Shown here: positions 53,346 to 64,000 of the stretch, one piece after another
How the letters are laid out: each line of letters begins with the position of its first letter
Position numbering within the stretch: position 1 is the first letter of the stretch
From: Epiperipatus broadwayi
Lineage: Eukaryota > Animalia > Onychophora
Direction of reading: 5' to 3'
DNA: 64,000 nt
NCBI GenBank assembly: GCA_028023455.1
Contig: JAQFVV010000002.1
Location: 14,260,001 to 14,324,000, forward strand
Translations under genes and position numbers: made by a program
The notes under the pieces: model-generated
What the model saw: only the letters and a program-made list of their open reading frames with translations
Databases searched by the model: none
Told to the model about the DNA's origin: nothing

Positions 53346-54629
53346 TAACGATTAGTACCAATTTATTTATGTCGAAGACTGTTATTTTATTTTTTGCTTC
53401 AGTTTTAATTAAAAGTCATTTAAAATTTAGTTTTAAGAATACATTTATTTTATAATAAAGTATAATGAATTATATGAAATTATTATTACATCAATGAATT
53501 CTTTTACATTTGTTCATCTAGTTTATCTAAACTTGTTGAAAAAGATCCCTGACTTTTTGCATCTTTAGATCTTTTCTCTTCATTGAATTTCAGGCCTTTA
53601 TTTCATTAAAGGTTTTTGTTTTGAGCTCATTTATCTTTATTTTTTCACTTCAGTAGACGTTTTTATTTCTTTATTGCTGCTATTTGCTATTTTTTTTTGT
53701 CTATGTTTCTGTGTGATTTTTGCTATATTGTACTCCCTCTGAGAAGTGGATATTCAGATACTAAAATCTTCAAATTTTTTGTGCTTGATTTAAAACTTAA
53801 AACCTTTTATATGTGTATGTTTTTACACATAACCTTATAATATTATTACTGAATATTTATGATTTATACAATAGCAGGTTTCTATTAATAATCTACCTAA
53901 CTCTGTAATTAAAGCAAATGAAAGCTTATTATTTTATTATACTAAATCTATTCTGAGGTAAGTTTACTTTTAATACATTAAAATTTTTAAATTTGATGCA
54001 AATTTTTATGTATTTATTTATTTGCAAATAAATTGAAACTTGTGAAATTTGTTTGGGAAAATATGTTGATCTTGTAATTAAAGTGGAATTATAAATATTG
54101 TAGTCATTTTTTATATTTGGTTTTAAATATTAATAATCACTCCATATCAATAATTCTTTTTTATTTAATATAGCTGATCACAAATCTCATTTTTTACAAT
54201 TTTTTTATGAAAAATATTTTTTAGTTATTTCTCAAGTTAGAGCAAATTGGAAAAATTAAATATTTTGTTCAGTTTTTAATAGTTTTTTCTGATATATAAC
54301 ATGGCTAGACTTAAAGAAATTTAGCTTTTAAATTTATATAAATTTAAAACTTAATTTCTAAAAAAGGAAGTTGAAATCACTATCATTTTGAAAACACACG
54401 TTCAAAATCTCTAGATATCATTTAATAAATTCAATAATAAATATTTCACCTTTTTTTTTTTTACAAATATGGTTCATTAATTTTTTTTTTTGAAAAAACA
54501 AATTGTTTATACACACTTTTTCTTTTCAATCTTTTTTATTTTATTTTATGAACCATTTTTACATTTCAGTTTTTTTCTAATATTTTGACTATATTATATG
54601 GTTATTGTCTAGGATTAATTATTGCTATA

Positions 54630-56720
54630 TATACGTAATAGAATTTCTCCAGTGCTTTAATATAAATAATATTCCAGATTAAGACACATATCACTGTACT
54701 ATAAATATTTCAAAATACTCTCTAACATAGCATAAGACAATAAGAGGTTAGTGTAAAAACACTTTGATTGGAAAGAATGAATATTTAAATCAATCATGCA
54801 ATGTATCTAAGTATGTTTTAAATTGATTTCTCAATTTAAATATTGTCAACAATGATTCATGCTATTGAAAATATGTAATAGAATACCTTTAGTGCTCTAA
54901 TGTATATAATATCCGAGATTAAGATTCATATCACTGTACAATAAATATTTTAAAATACCCTCTAACCCTGCATAAGATCATAATTAAGAAGAAAAGAGCA
55001 GCCATCTTTCCTGCAACTCATATTAATATAGAGGCTTGCTTAAAACATTGTTTAGAATGAATGAATATTTAAATCCTTCGTGCAATAAATCTAAATATGT
55101 TTTAAAGTGGTCATTTTTAAAAGTATTTAAATACATTACACAAAAATTATTATTCTTGTATAAATCGTGATAAACAGAGCAGCCAAAAATTGAAAAAATA
55201 TTTATTGCAACTAACAATTTACCCAAGTGCTTTTGGTACAGTATACCAGAATCGTTGCGACATTGGAACTGAACGGTTAATATTCCAGTGCATGCTCAGT
55301 GGAACACTAGTGTTACGCCGATTGATAACGTTTTTAGACCTCGCAATAAACCACGCCTCTTTCAATGTCCTCTTTCTATCATTTGATTCATTGCACACAG
55401 TAGTAATATTTTGAGGATAAAACGCATGTCCACAACTATTTTCGTGACTAGAAAAAACAGAATTAACCTGTAAATCACTTAAACTTTTTATGCTGATGCA
55501 AAAAAAACTTTATTACACAGACAGTTGAGTTTGTTTTATAGTAATGTGAAGTCTAAACATAAAGTGGATGGAAATAATAAAACGGTCAAAAAGTGGTTTT
55601 CTTTAGTTTATGTGCCATCTATAAGTAAGAAATTGAAAAATGTAATTGATAAAGATTATAATATAAGTTTCCGTTCACCTTTGTGTTTAAATAGACTAAT
55701 AAATAATTCAAAGAATGGTGTGGAAGAAATGAATAGATATGAAGTGATTTATTCCATTGCTTACAAAGAAATTGGTTGTAGTGCTGTTTATTACAGGGAA
55801 ACGAAGGCAAATGTCTTAACGCGATTATAACTGCGTGTTTATCAGTATAAAAAGTCTAAAAGTGATTTACAGAATAATTCTGTTTTTTCTAGTCACGAAA
55901 ATAGTTGTGGACATGAGTTTTATCCTCAAAACATTACTACTGTGTGCAATGAATCATTTGATAGAAAGAGGAAGTTGAAAGAGGCTTGGTTTATTGCAAG
56001 GTCTAAAAAAACATTATCAATCAGCATAACACTAGTGTTCCGCTGAGCATGCACTGAAATGTTAACCATTCAGTTCCAATATACTGTCATGATTCTGGTA
56101 TGCTGTACCGAAAGCTCTTGGCAACTTGTTCATTGTAATTAATACTTTTTCAGTTTTTGGCTGCTTTGTTTATCACGATTTATACATGAAGAATAATTTT
56201 CATTATCTGACAGAGTTTTTGTAATATTTATACATTACACAGTTGATTTAAATTTTCATTCTTTCAACCAAAGTATTTTAAGCAGATCTCTATATTAATA
56301 TATAAGATATCAATCAGAAGCATATTTAGATACAATGCTCAATTGATTTAAATATTCATTTATTCTAACCAAAATGTTTTAGGCAGACTTCTATATTAAT
56401 ATATGTGGCACAAGAAGAGACAGCTGCTCTTTTCTTGTTAATTATTGTCTTATTCTGGGTTAGCGAGTATTTTTTACAATATTTATTGTACAGTGACATG
56501 AGCCTTAATCTCTAATATTATATGTATTAAAGCACCAGAAGTATTCTGTTACCTAATTTTATTTACTTGAATCATTGTTGACAATGTTTAAATTTAGTAC
56601 TCTGGGGCATGTCAATTATTCAAAGAAATCAATTTGAAACATATTTAGATTGATTGCACAATTGATTTAAATATTCTTTCTAACCAAAGTGTTTTAGGCA
56701 AATCTCTATATACCTTTACC
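54630..56720 (+). mobile_element. 5'-truncated Penelope-like element with inverted pLTR (fold-back)
   Basis: Spacer 55466-55874 and the start of the right arm encode the GIY-YIG region (LVYVPSISKKL...VIYSI...YYRET...SHENSCGHEF...KLKEAWFI), homologous to 12023-12600; arms ~54770-55465 / 55875-~56700. Confidence 0.9.
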
Positions 56721-56951
56721 TTGTTTAGCTATTACAATTAGTTCCCCAAAACTCATCATAAAGCAAGAATATTGTATAAAAAGCAAGGGATTATAATGAT
56801 TTTTACAGAAAAAAATTTATCTCATTTCTGTGAAGAATGTCATAAATTATTAATATTGTAATAACAACCTAATATATATAGTAATATACAAAACCTAATA
56901 TACAATACATGCATGTGTAAGTATAGGGGAAATATTACAACTTAAATCTAT

Positions 56952-57149
56952 ACATGAATAAACATTTATTTTTATAACGTCTTGTGTGCGATTATAATTA
57001 CAATAGAATGACAGCCTGTTAAGCTAATTGCGCAGACGCTGTGAGAATGTTATTAATAAATGGATGTGGTTGTTCGAAGGTATTCATTTATTAATAACAT
57101 TCTCACAGCGTCTGCGCAATTAGCTTAACAGGCTGTCATTCTATTGTAA
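56952..57149. mobile_element. Mini fold-back insertion with perfect 65-bp arms
   Basis: Arms 56998-57062 / 57085-57149 are exact reverse complements around a 22-nt loop; 46-nt unpaired tail; 13-bp duplication aacttaaatctat at 56939-56951 and 57148-57160. Confidence 0.92.
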
Positions 57150-57249
57150 CTTAAATCTATGTAAAAAGAAAAATTCAGCATTGATCATCTTGTTTTCGGA
57201 GTCATTATTTGCTCATTTTAGGAGTATCATTGTCTTTTAAATCTTTTAA

Positions 57250-57700
57250 TGCTCATAGTCTTTTTTTTTTTTTTTTTGGAGTATACCAAGTACTGATCAC
57301 TGATTATCTCCAGAGAAAAAAATTAAAATGAACGTTTGATTTGTTTTTTTGATTTTTTTCGTACAATATATAAGGTTTCATTCGTTGATTTAAGGCAATT
57401 TTAGATTTGATGGAGTGTTCTAAATCTGAGTCAAATTCTTCCAAAGTGCTGTTTATGGCCTCATGATATGAAATCAGTTTCTTCACTTTTTTGGTATAAG
57501 GATTCTTTTCTATAGGCTAGTGGATTTTTTTTTCTTCATCCAGTTGCATTAATTCCTGATTAGTTAATTCTTCCATGTGAGATGTCTTTATCCAAAGTGT
57601 TGACAAAGTGCTGCATTACTTATTGATGTTAGTTTATCTTGAAGATTGAAATGATTCTTTGTTCTTGTAAGGTTGCTGCTATGATTCCAATTGAAAACAT
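57250..57700 (-). mobile_element. Tigger (TIGD-like) transposase C-terminal fragment
   Basis: Minus strand SHMEELTNQELMQL and LEEFDSDLEHSIK...YILYEK...FF. Confidence 0.65.
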
Positions 57701-58004
57701 GTAGCTATAAATTAAAAAATATTTCAATATGATTAGAAAAAAAAAAAGTTACTTCACTATGCATATCTATAGAAAAATATGTACCAAGAAAGAGAAAATA
57801 AGCTCATATTTGACTTTTTTTTTGCATTTTTCTGCAAAATTGTTAACTTGTGCTGAAAAAATAACCCATACTGAAATTTCATTTGTTTTTAAATTTATAA
57901 TCTTGTATTATTTATGTGAAATTATTTAGAATTAAAAAAGCAATGTTTAATAATATCTCATTGAACTGTACTGTTTTACCCATAAAGACTTGTTATTTAT
58001 TTTT

Positions 58005-59812
58005 GGTTGTTTTCTCATGGCTGATGTTCGCCTAGAGATGTCGCTATTTCTAGGTCAATTCCTAGAAATATACCGTTTCACCGGCCTTCACCCAACAAAA
58101 GAGGAAATTTTCTACGTTATAAATGCAGAAAAGAGTCCTCACATTATGTTGGACGGAGGCGGTGTCGGCGACAGAAGCCAACACAAATGAGACTTCTTTC
58201 TGTGATAAAACAAAGAGTTCCCAACGGCTGCCAGTTATGGCTTTTTTTTTTCTATGCTAAAAGCAAAGAGAAAGAAATGCCTTGATTGGCTGCCGTAGTT
58301 GTTGATTTTGTTCATCATTTTTTCGTAATAGTAGAATATCTATTTTCTTTGTAGTTTCGTGTGAGAGTGTGTGTATTTGAAGCAATCGTTTTTTAAAATT
58401 TGATGACATCTATTTTTTTTAATGTGTTGTAACTTACTTTACTGTTGTAAGTTTAGTAATAATGTCCTGAAGATTCCATTACGAATGGGTAACCCTCAAA
58501 AATTGCTTTTAAGGGTGCGGAACGGGGAAAAAATTTAAGGATCACGCGAAAAGTACCGTTTTCGCGAGAATTTGTCCGTGACAAGTTACTTTTGCTATAT
58601 ATATATATACGCACAAACAAAAACAACCCAGTGTCTAATTATTAGGAATTACTTGTCCAAAAAAGAAAATTAGTCGGGTATTATTATTATTATTTTGTTA
58701 CATTTATTATTTCAAAATAAGTTTAGTTTTATATCTACACACTAACAAAAACAACCCAGTTCCTGCTTAATTACTGTCTTAAAAAAAGAAAAAAAATTCA
58801 ACGGGGTTTGGTTTTTTTCAATGGAGTATTTGAATTACAGTATTTTTTTTTTATATATATACACAAGATTTACCAAAAAAAAAAACCACTTTCTGGTTAA
58901 TTACTGTCAAAAGAAACGCAAATTAGTCGGCTATCGTTTTTAAATTTAGTATTTCAATAATGTTATCCTTTTTATATAGACAGAGTTAACAAAAACATCC
59001 CACTTTCTGATTCATTACTGTCCCGTCCCCCCCCAAAAAAAAAAGAAAATGGAAATTAGTCCGGTATCATTTTTCAATTGAATCTTTCAATGACCGTCCT
59101 TACTAATAGTAGTCTGGTATCAATTCTAAATTGTAGTATATAAATGACGTTACTTTTGATAGATTTAGAATTACGTATTGCTTTTTTAATAAAAATAATT
59201 GATTTTTACTCTTGACCAAAAATACCGTAACTTTAAAAAAAGACACACATAAAGTCCAACAAAAAAAAATGAGAAAAAGCCCCGTAACTTTAAAGACACA
59301 CACACAAACTCAAAAACAATCTAAGATTAATAAACATTGACTTATTATGTCTTGCTTTTGAATCAAATGATTGATTTACTCTCGCAAAAAAAAGTACCGT
59401 AACTTTAAAAAGACACACATAAAGTCCCCAAAGTAATATTAGAAAAAGCCCCGTAACTTTAAAGACACACACATAAATTCAAAAACAAGATAAGATTAAT
59501 AAACATTTACTTATTATGTCTTGCTTTTGAATAAAAGTATTGATTTATACTCTTGCAAAAAAAAAACCCGTAACTTTAAAAAGACACACAAACTCAAAAA
59601 ACAAGACAAGATTAATAAACATTTACAAAAATGAAAAAATTAACATCATATAATAGTATTAGTTAGTAGAATATTTTATTACAAATCTAAGAAATCAGAT
59701 CTTTTTAGATCAAATCGATCATTTAGGTCCGGCCCCGGAATCGTTATATGTATATGTTTTCGATTAGCATCAACGCCATCCCATAGCGAACACCAAGGAT
59801 GAGAAAACAACC
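58005..59812. mobile_element. Merlin-like non-autonomous element with internal satellite arrays
   Basis: ~40-bp TIRs starting GGTTGTTTTCTCAT (first 12 bp identical to the 30236 element); ~170-bp tandem at ~59220-59630; no matching TSD. Confidence 0.65.
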
Positions 59813-61239
59813 ATTAATAGTGTAAGAGTAAGTAAATTGCACAATTGTAATCGTGCAGTTCATTTGAAAAAATAAAAATTGTAACATATTAAAAATATAT
59901 ATCTAGTGCATTGTGTATTTGCATATTGTAATCAAGATTAAGGCTTTTTTTTTTTTTACAATATTTAATATGTAGATCTAAATAAACAGCATTTTATATA
60001 CAAGTACTTGAGGTGTGGCATTTTTTTGGGAGGGGGCATAAGATGTCACATTTTATTAAGTGTGGTAGTCATTTACTTTTAAATGATTTAGAAAATTTTC
60101 AAATAGTGCAGTACTTGTCAAGGCAGAGATACAAATTATTAAATAAATATTAAAGGTACGAATCTTTTAATTTATTTGTATTGCATTTTCATTATACAAA
60201 ATTTATTATTAATTGCATAAAATTATGCTCACATTATCTTTTAACTGCAAATACATTTTGCTAGTAATTTGATTGAAATTACCATTCATAAAGATTTTAA
60301 TCCAAAATTGATTGACTGAATATTTTAACTAATATTTATACTATACACAATTTAAAATTATATATTAATAATATATGACCAAAATTTATTTTTAGTTTTA
60401 TGTTGAATGAAATTTTTATTTTTTTACCCATTTCTATATTTTTATACATTAGCGATAACATCATCTATTCTGAAACGAATTAGAGATGTTTTAAGCTTTA
60501 AAATCAAGTAGGTCATGTGTTATTTTAAATTATATTTAGTAATTTTTTATCATATAAAGTTTATTAATACTTGTGTAATATTTTTTTTTTTGCAAAATAA
60601 CAATTATGATAACTAAATTACAATACAGTGATTGTAAATTTTGCTGCAAGCCAAGCAATGTTCATAACAATTTTAATACATAAAAGTAAATATGGTGTAC
60701 AGTTTTTTAAACTAATGTACACATTTTGAAATTTACTAAGGATTAATATATTTGCTTGATAGTATGTCATCAAAATGTGATTTGATTATTTATTATACTA
60801 AATAAAACACTTTTGGTTTTGTTATCATTAATGATGAAAATCTTTACTTTGGATATGTCATTAATGAAGTCTGGATGAAAATTAAATAAAATACTATACA
60901 TTCATTAATAATATTTTAAGTTTACAATAAAAATATTGAATGCTGCATTGTAATATTGTATACTGTATTATGAATAAACTGTGCTGTACAGTTTTAGCAT
61001 GAAAATTGCTATTTTACTTTTGGATGACATAGCTTTAATAACCATCTTATGATGTCATCAGTCTTATAAAATAAATGGCTGCTGAAAAAAATCATGAAAT
61101 TTTTTTAACCGTCTCTGCATTCAAAATCCCTATCAGATTGAATTAAAATTCAAACTTTTTATTGGTCAATTACAAAATCAGCTTTAAATATATATTTATT
61201 TTTTAAAACTATATTTGTTTTAGTATAGTTTCTAAAATA

Positions 61240-61640
61240 CAAATTATTAAAGTAAACAAAAGTTTTTTTAAAAATAAATTTCTATTTATAATTGGCAAAA
61301 CAATCTATAGTCATAAACATAAAACATGTTTGTCATTCAATTATAAAGGGCAGGTATACGTTATTGATATTTGTCAATTCTGCTAAAATATGAATTACTC
61401 TTCTAAAATAATATTTCACAATGATTTTGTGAAAAAAAAAGAGAGTTCTAAAACCTATGTTTTCACTCTGAAAATCAAAACGCAATAAAACTGTTAAAAT
61501 CAATGATGCGCTCTCTTGTGAGAGACAAGAAACAACTAATCAGTGCCTTGATAGACTGACATTATCTTATTGTTCCAGTGCTAAATTTAAATATTATTGA
61601 TTTATTAATTGTAAAAAAAAAAATTTAAGGTGGCAGTAGC
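61240..61640 (+). repeat. Second copy of the unclassified repeat at 6455-7120
   Basis: Shared blocks as listed for 6455-7120. Confidence 0.65.
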
Positions 61641-62559
61641 ATTCAATATAGTGTTTTGTTGGGAAATTCAGCAAAATAATGGTTGGAGAATGAGTTAAAG
61701 CCGTGAACACATGGTTGACGCAAGAGTACGATTCATACTCATAAAAGGCTAAGATCATTTTAGTAAATCAAAATAGGTACAAATTAATGATGATTACTTT
61801 TGTGAGTCCTTGCATACAGGTCAATCACTAAGTGGGATGGATATTGGTATATTAATAAATGAGGTACAAGAAGAGACTGCTTTTTTTCTTGTTATTTATT
61901 GTACAGTGGTATAAGTCTTAATATCAAACATATGCTTACAAAGAATTTCCAAAACAAAAATACAAATTACAATTAATCAAAGAAAGTTTATATAAAAATG
62001 AGAATGCCAGTTTTAAATAGAAAGTGTTGGGAATAATCTGGTGTAATTAAAATAATTGAAGAGTATTTTATATAAAAATTTAAATAAAAAATAATTTAGA
62101 ATGCAAAAGGGTGTAGTCATATGAAAGTAAATAAAGTTTTTTTTAAAATATATAATATTTTGTAAATTCTTTGTAAATATATATATAGATATTTTATGGA
62201 AATAATCTTTGATAATGATCATATAATTATGGTTGAAACATTATAGAGGAAAACAAATAAAAAAGTGTAGTTCATAAAATAAAAAAAACTAAGATTTGAA
62301 AAGAAAGTGTATTAATGAACTTCTTCGCTTGCAAAGAAGCCATATTGAATATTTAAAAAATTATGTTAAGCCACAAATTTTATAACTTAAGTTTGTATTA
62401 TTCAAAAATGACATAATATATATTTTTCAAACATAAAACACGAAAAGATGTAATATAGCCATTGATTTCTAATAATTATTTTCATATTATTTCATAAGTT
62501 CTAAATTTTCATGCATACATTGTAAAATTATTTTTTTGTTGGTAGATTAGTTGCATTCA

Positions 62560-63320
62560 TCATCATTAAATTTCTAATAAATTAATTATAATAACATTTC
62601 ACCTAAGGTAATCCATCACTTGAACACTTCGTAGAATAAAGATATTAGTATCTCATTTTTCCTAGTAACCTTCAAAATATTTTTACATACAGGGGTTTGC
62701 AATGAATATGTCATCCCTGATAACAAGTAGTTAATATTGATCAATAATTAATATAATTTGAATATTATAATAAAGAACTTCAATAAAGTTTGTAATTTAT
62801 TAAAAATTACTACTAAAATAGTCACTATATTACATAATAAAATAAAAAGTGAATGAAATACTAAATTCATTATAGAGTTAAACTTGAGGTACATAAGTTA
62901 ATTGTTTAGAGTCAGTGCAATGTAGTATTATTATGATCCTACCTCTGTAGGTTTTTAGGGCTCGTTGCTTCATCCTACTATGGCCAGTAAATTTAGTAAT
63001 AGCTTCATCAACTGCCACCTCTCTTTGCATTTGATATGCAGCTTTGAAATTTACTTTGCAGTAGTCTATAATCAGCCTAAGTTTATATATTCTGTCAAAA
63101 TCTTTACTTTTATCTTTGGCTTTTTTATTATTATTAAAACGCAGACAAGATATAGAAAAAAATCTAAATTGGGTCATATTTGCAAAATATGTTTGTCTTT
63201 GTTTCATATCAGAACTCCATATATCTGGAGCAAAGGCCCATTACCATGCCAAAAAATGCAGATAATTCACGATATAAATTTACACAATCACGAGCTATTT
63301 TTTGATCAGCGAATATGTTA
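62560..63320 (-). mobile_element. piggyBac (PGBD4-like) transposase remnant
   Basis: ORF 62878-63207: CLRFNNN...FDRIYKLRLIIDY...FKAAYQMQREVAVDEAITKFTGH...KQ; decayed Cys-rich tail near 62580-62700; same family as 44648-46400. Confidence 0.85.
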
Positions 63321-63465
63321 AAGTTCAATAATAAATTTTTTGTATATTTTTTTATCAAATATAAATTCAAATAATAATTAAAAATTATATAAAATTAAAT
63401 ACACCAGTAGAAAGCTCCCAATAATGTTCACTCTTTATACAGACTAAGAAAATTGATAAAATCTT

Positions 63466-63753
63466 GCATTTTTTCCGATGTAAATTTCGGGGTAAATCCA
63501 ATTCTGTTAAAAATGAAAAAACTGAAAGACAAAAAAAATCAATTTACTTGATTACAAAAATTATCATAAAATTTTTAATTTTTATCATAGAAAAATGAAA
63601 CTTACATTTTCTGAAACTAGGAAAAAAGATGGAAATGAAGATGTAAAAAGCGCATGCGTAGACTGCATAGATTTTCGGCAGTTTTAAACTGAAACCGGAT
63701 GTTGCAAATTTGAAAATTCAAGATCACAATGTGTCATCGCAACACTGAACAGG
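63466..63753. repeat. piggyBac-like terminal region
   Basis: Ends in cactgaacaggtt (reverse complement aacctgttcagtg, similar to the TIRs at 44648/46400); shared with 50677-50965. Confidence 0.6.
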
Positions 63754-64000
63754 TTGTATTTAAGGATTTGATTGTTTTGTTTTTTAATTTTTAAATCTTT
63801 AGATATAGTCAATAGATTTTTTTTTTTTTAACTTGCTTAGATGAATTCTGAATTCTAGTGTAACATCTTAATGGGTTACTGAAGATAAAATTTTAAAATT
63901 GTTGAAGAATGAATAAAATTGAAATTTATATTTTTACCTTTATAAATTGATCTGAAGAATATATAGGCGCATACCAAGAATTATGTAGCATTTTTATTGG

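Noticed and set aside
56600-56660. Hammerhead in the 54.6-56.7 kb pLTR (ttcaaaga...tttgaaacatatt)
   Set aside because: The core and stem I are too decayed in every copy to call.
61035-61070. Minus-strand CTGATGA-CATC(ataa)GATG as a hammerhead
   Set aside because: Followed by GTTA rather than GAAA; stems I and III do not form.
60600-61100. 3' UTR/polyadenylation region of the host gene
   Set aside because: UTR-like composition and AATAAA are present, but no terminal coding exon could be identified and AATAAA is ubiquitous in this AT-rich DNA.
331-62222. Remaining short ORFs in the six-frame track (mostly F/I/L/K-rich, 60-130 aa)
   Set aside because: They are antisense or shadow frames of TE remnants, or chance ORFs in AT-rich sequence, often with non-ATG starts.

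Overview
Very AT-rich animal (probably invertebrate) genomic DNA, not prokaryotic. The window reads as one or more very long introns of a + strand host gene. Only one convincing exon is visible (49856-50107, 252 bp, phase 1-1). It encodes DRKLPRPIGTERAHRK, which resembles the C-terminal region of mask/ANKHD1/ANKRD17 proteins. Nearly everything else is layered transposon debris: three Ty3/Gypsy remnants sharing an LTR family, RTE-type LINEs, two Penelope-like elements (PLEs), a near-complete but dead hAT (Buster/SPIN-like) transposon and hAT MITEs, pogo/Tigger elements, piggyBac remnants, a Harbinger-like element, two Merlin-like elements and two tRNA-Gly(TCC)-derived SINEs. The most unusual signal is a graded series of fold-back insertions (target duplication + short unpaired tail + long inverted arms) that repeats the geometry of the PLE at 54.6-56.7 kb. 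Several PLE-like repeats carry type I hammerhead ribozyme (HHR) motifs: near-canonical at 26863-26921, decayed at 46728-46791, and a putative A3-U8 compensatory-core variant at 23829-23870. All alignments, translations and counts were done by eye; boundaries marked ~ are approximate.
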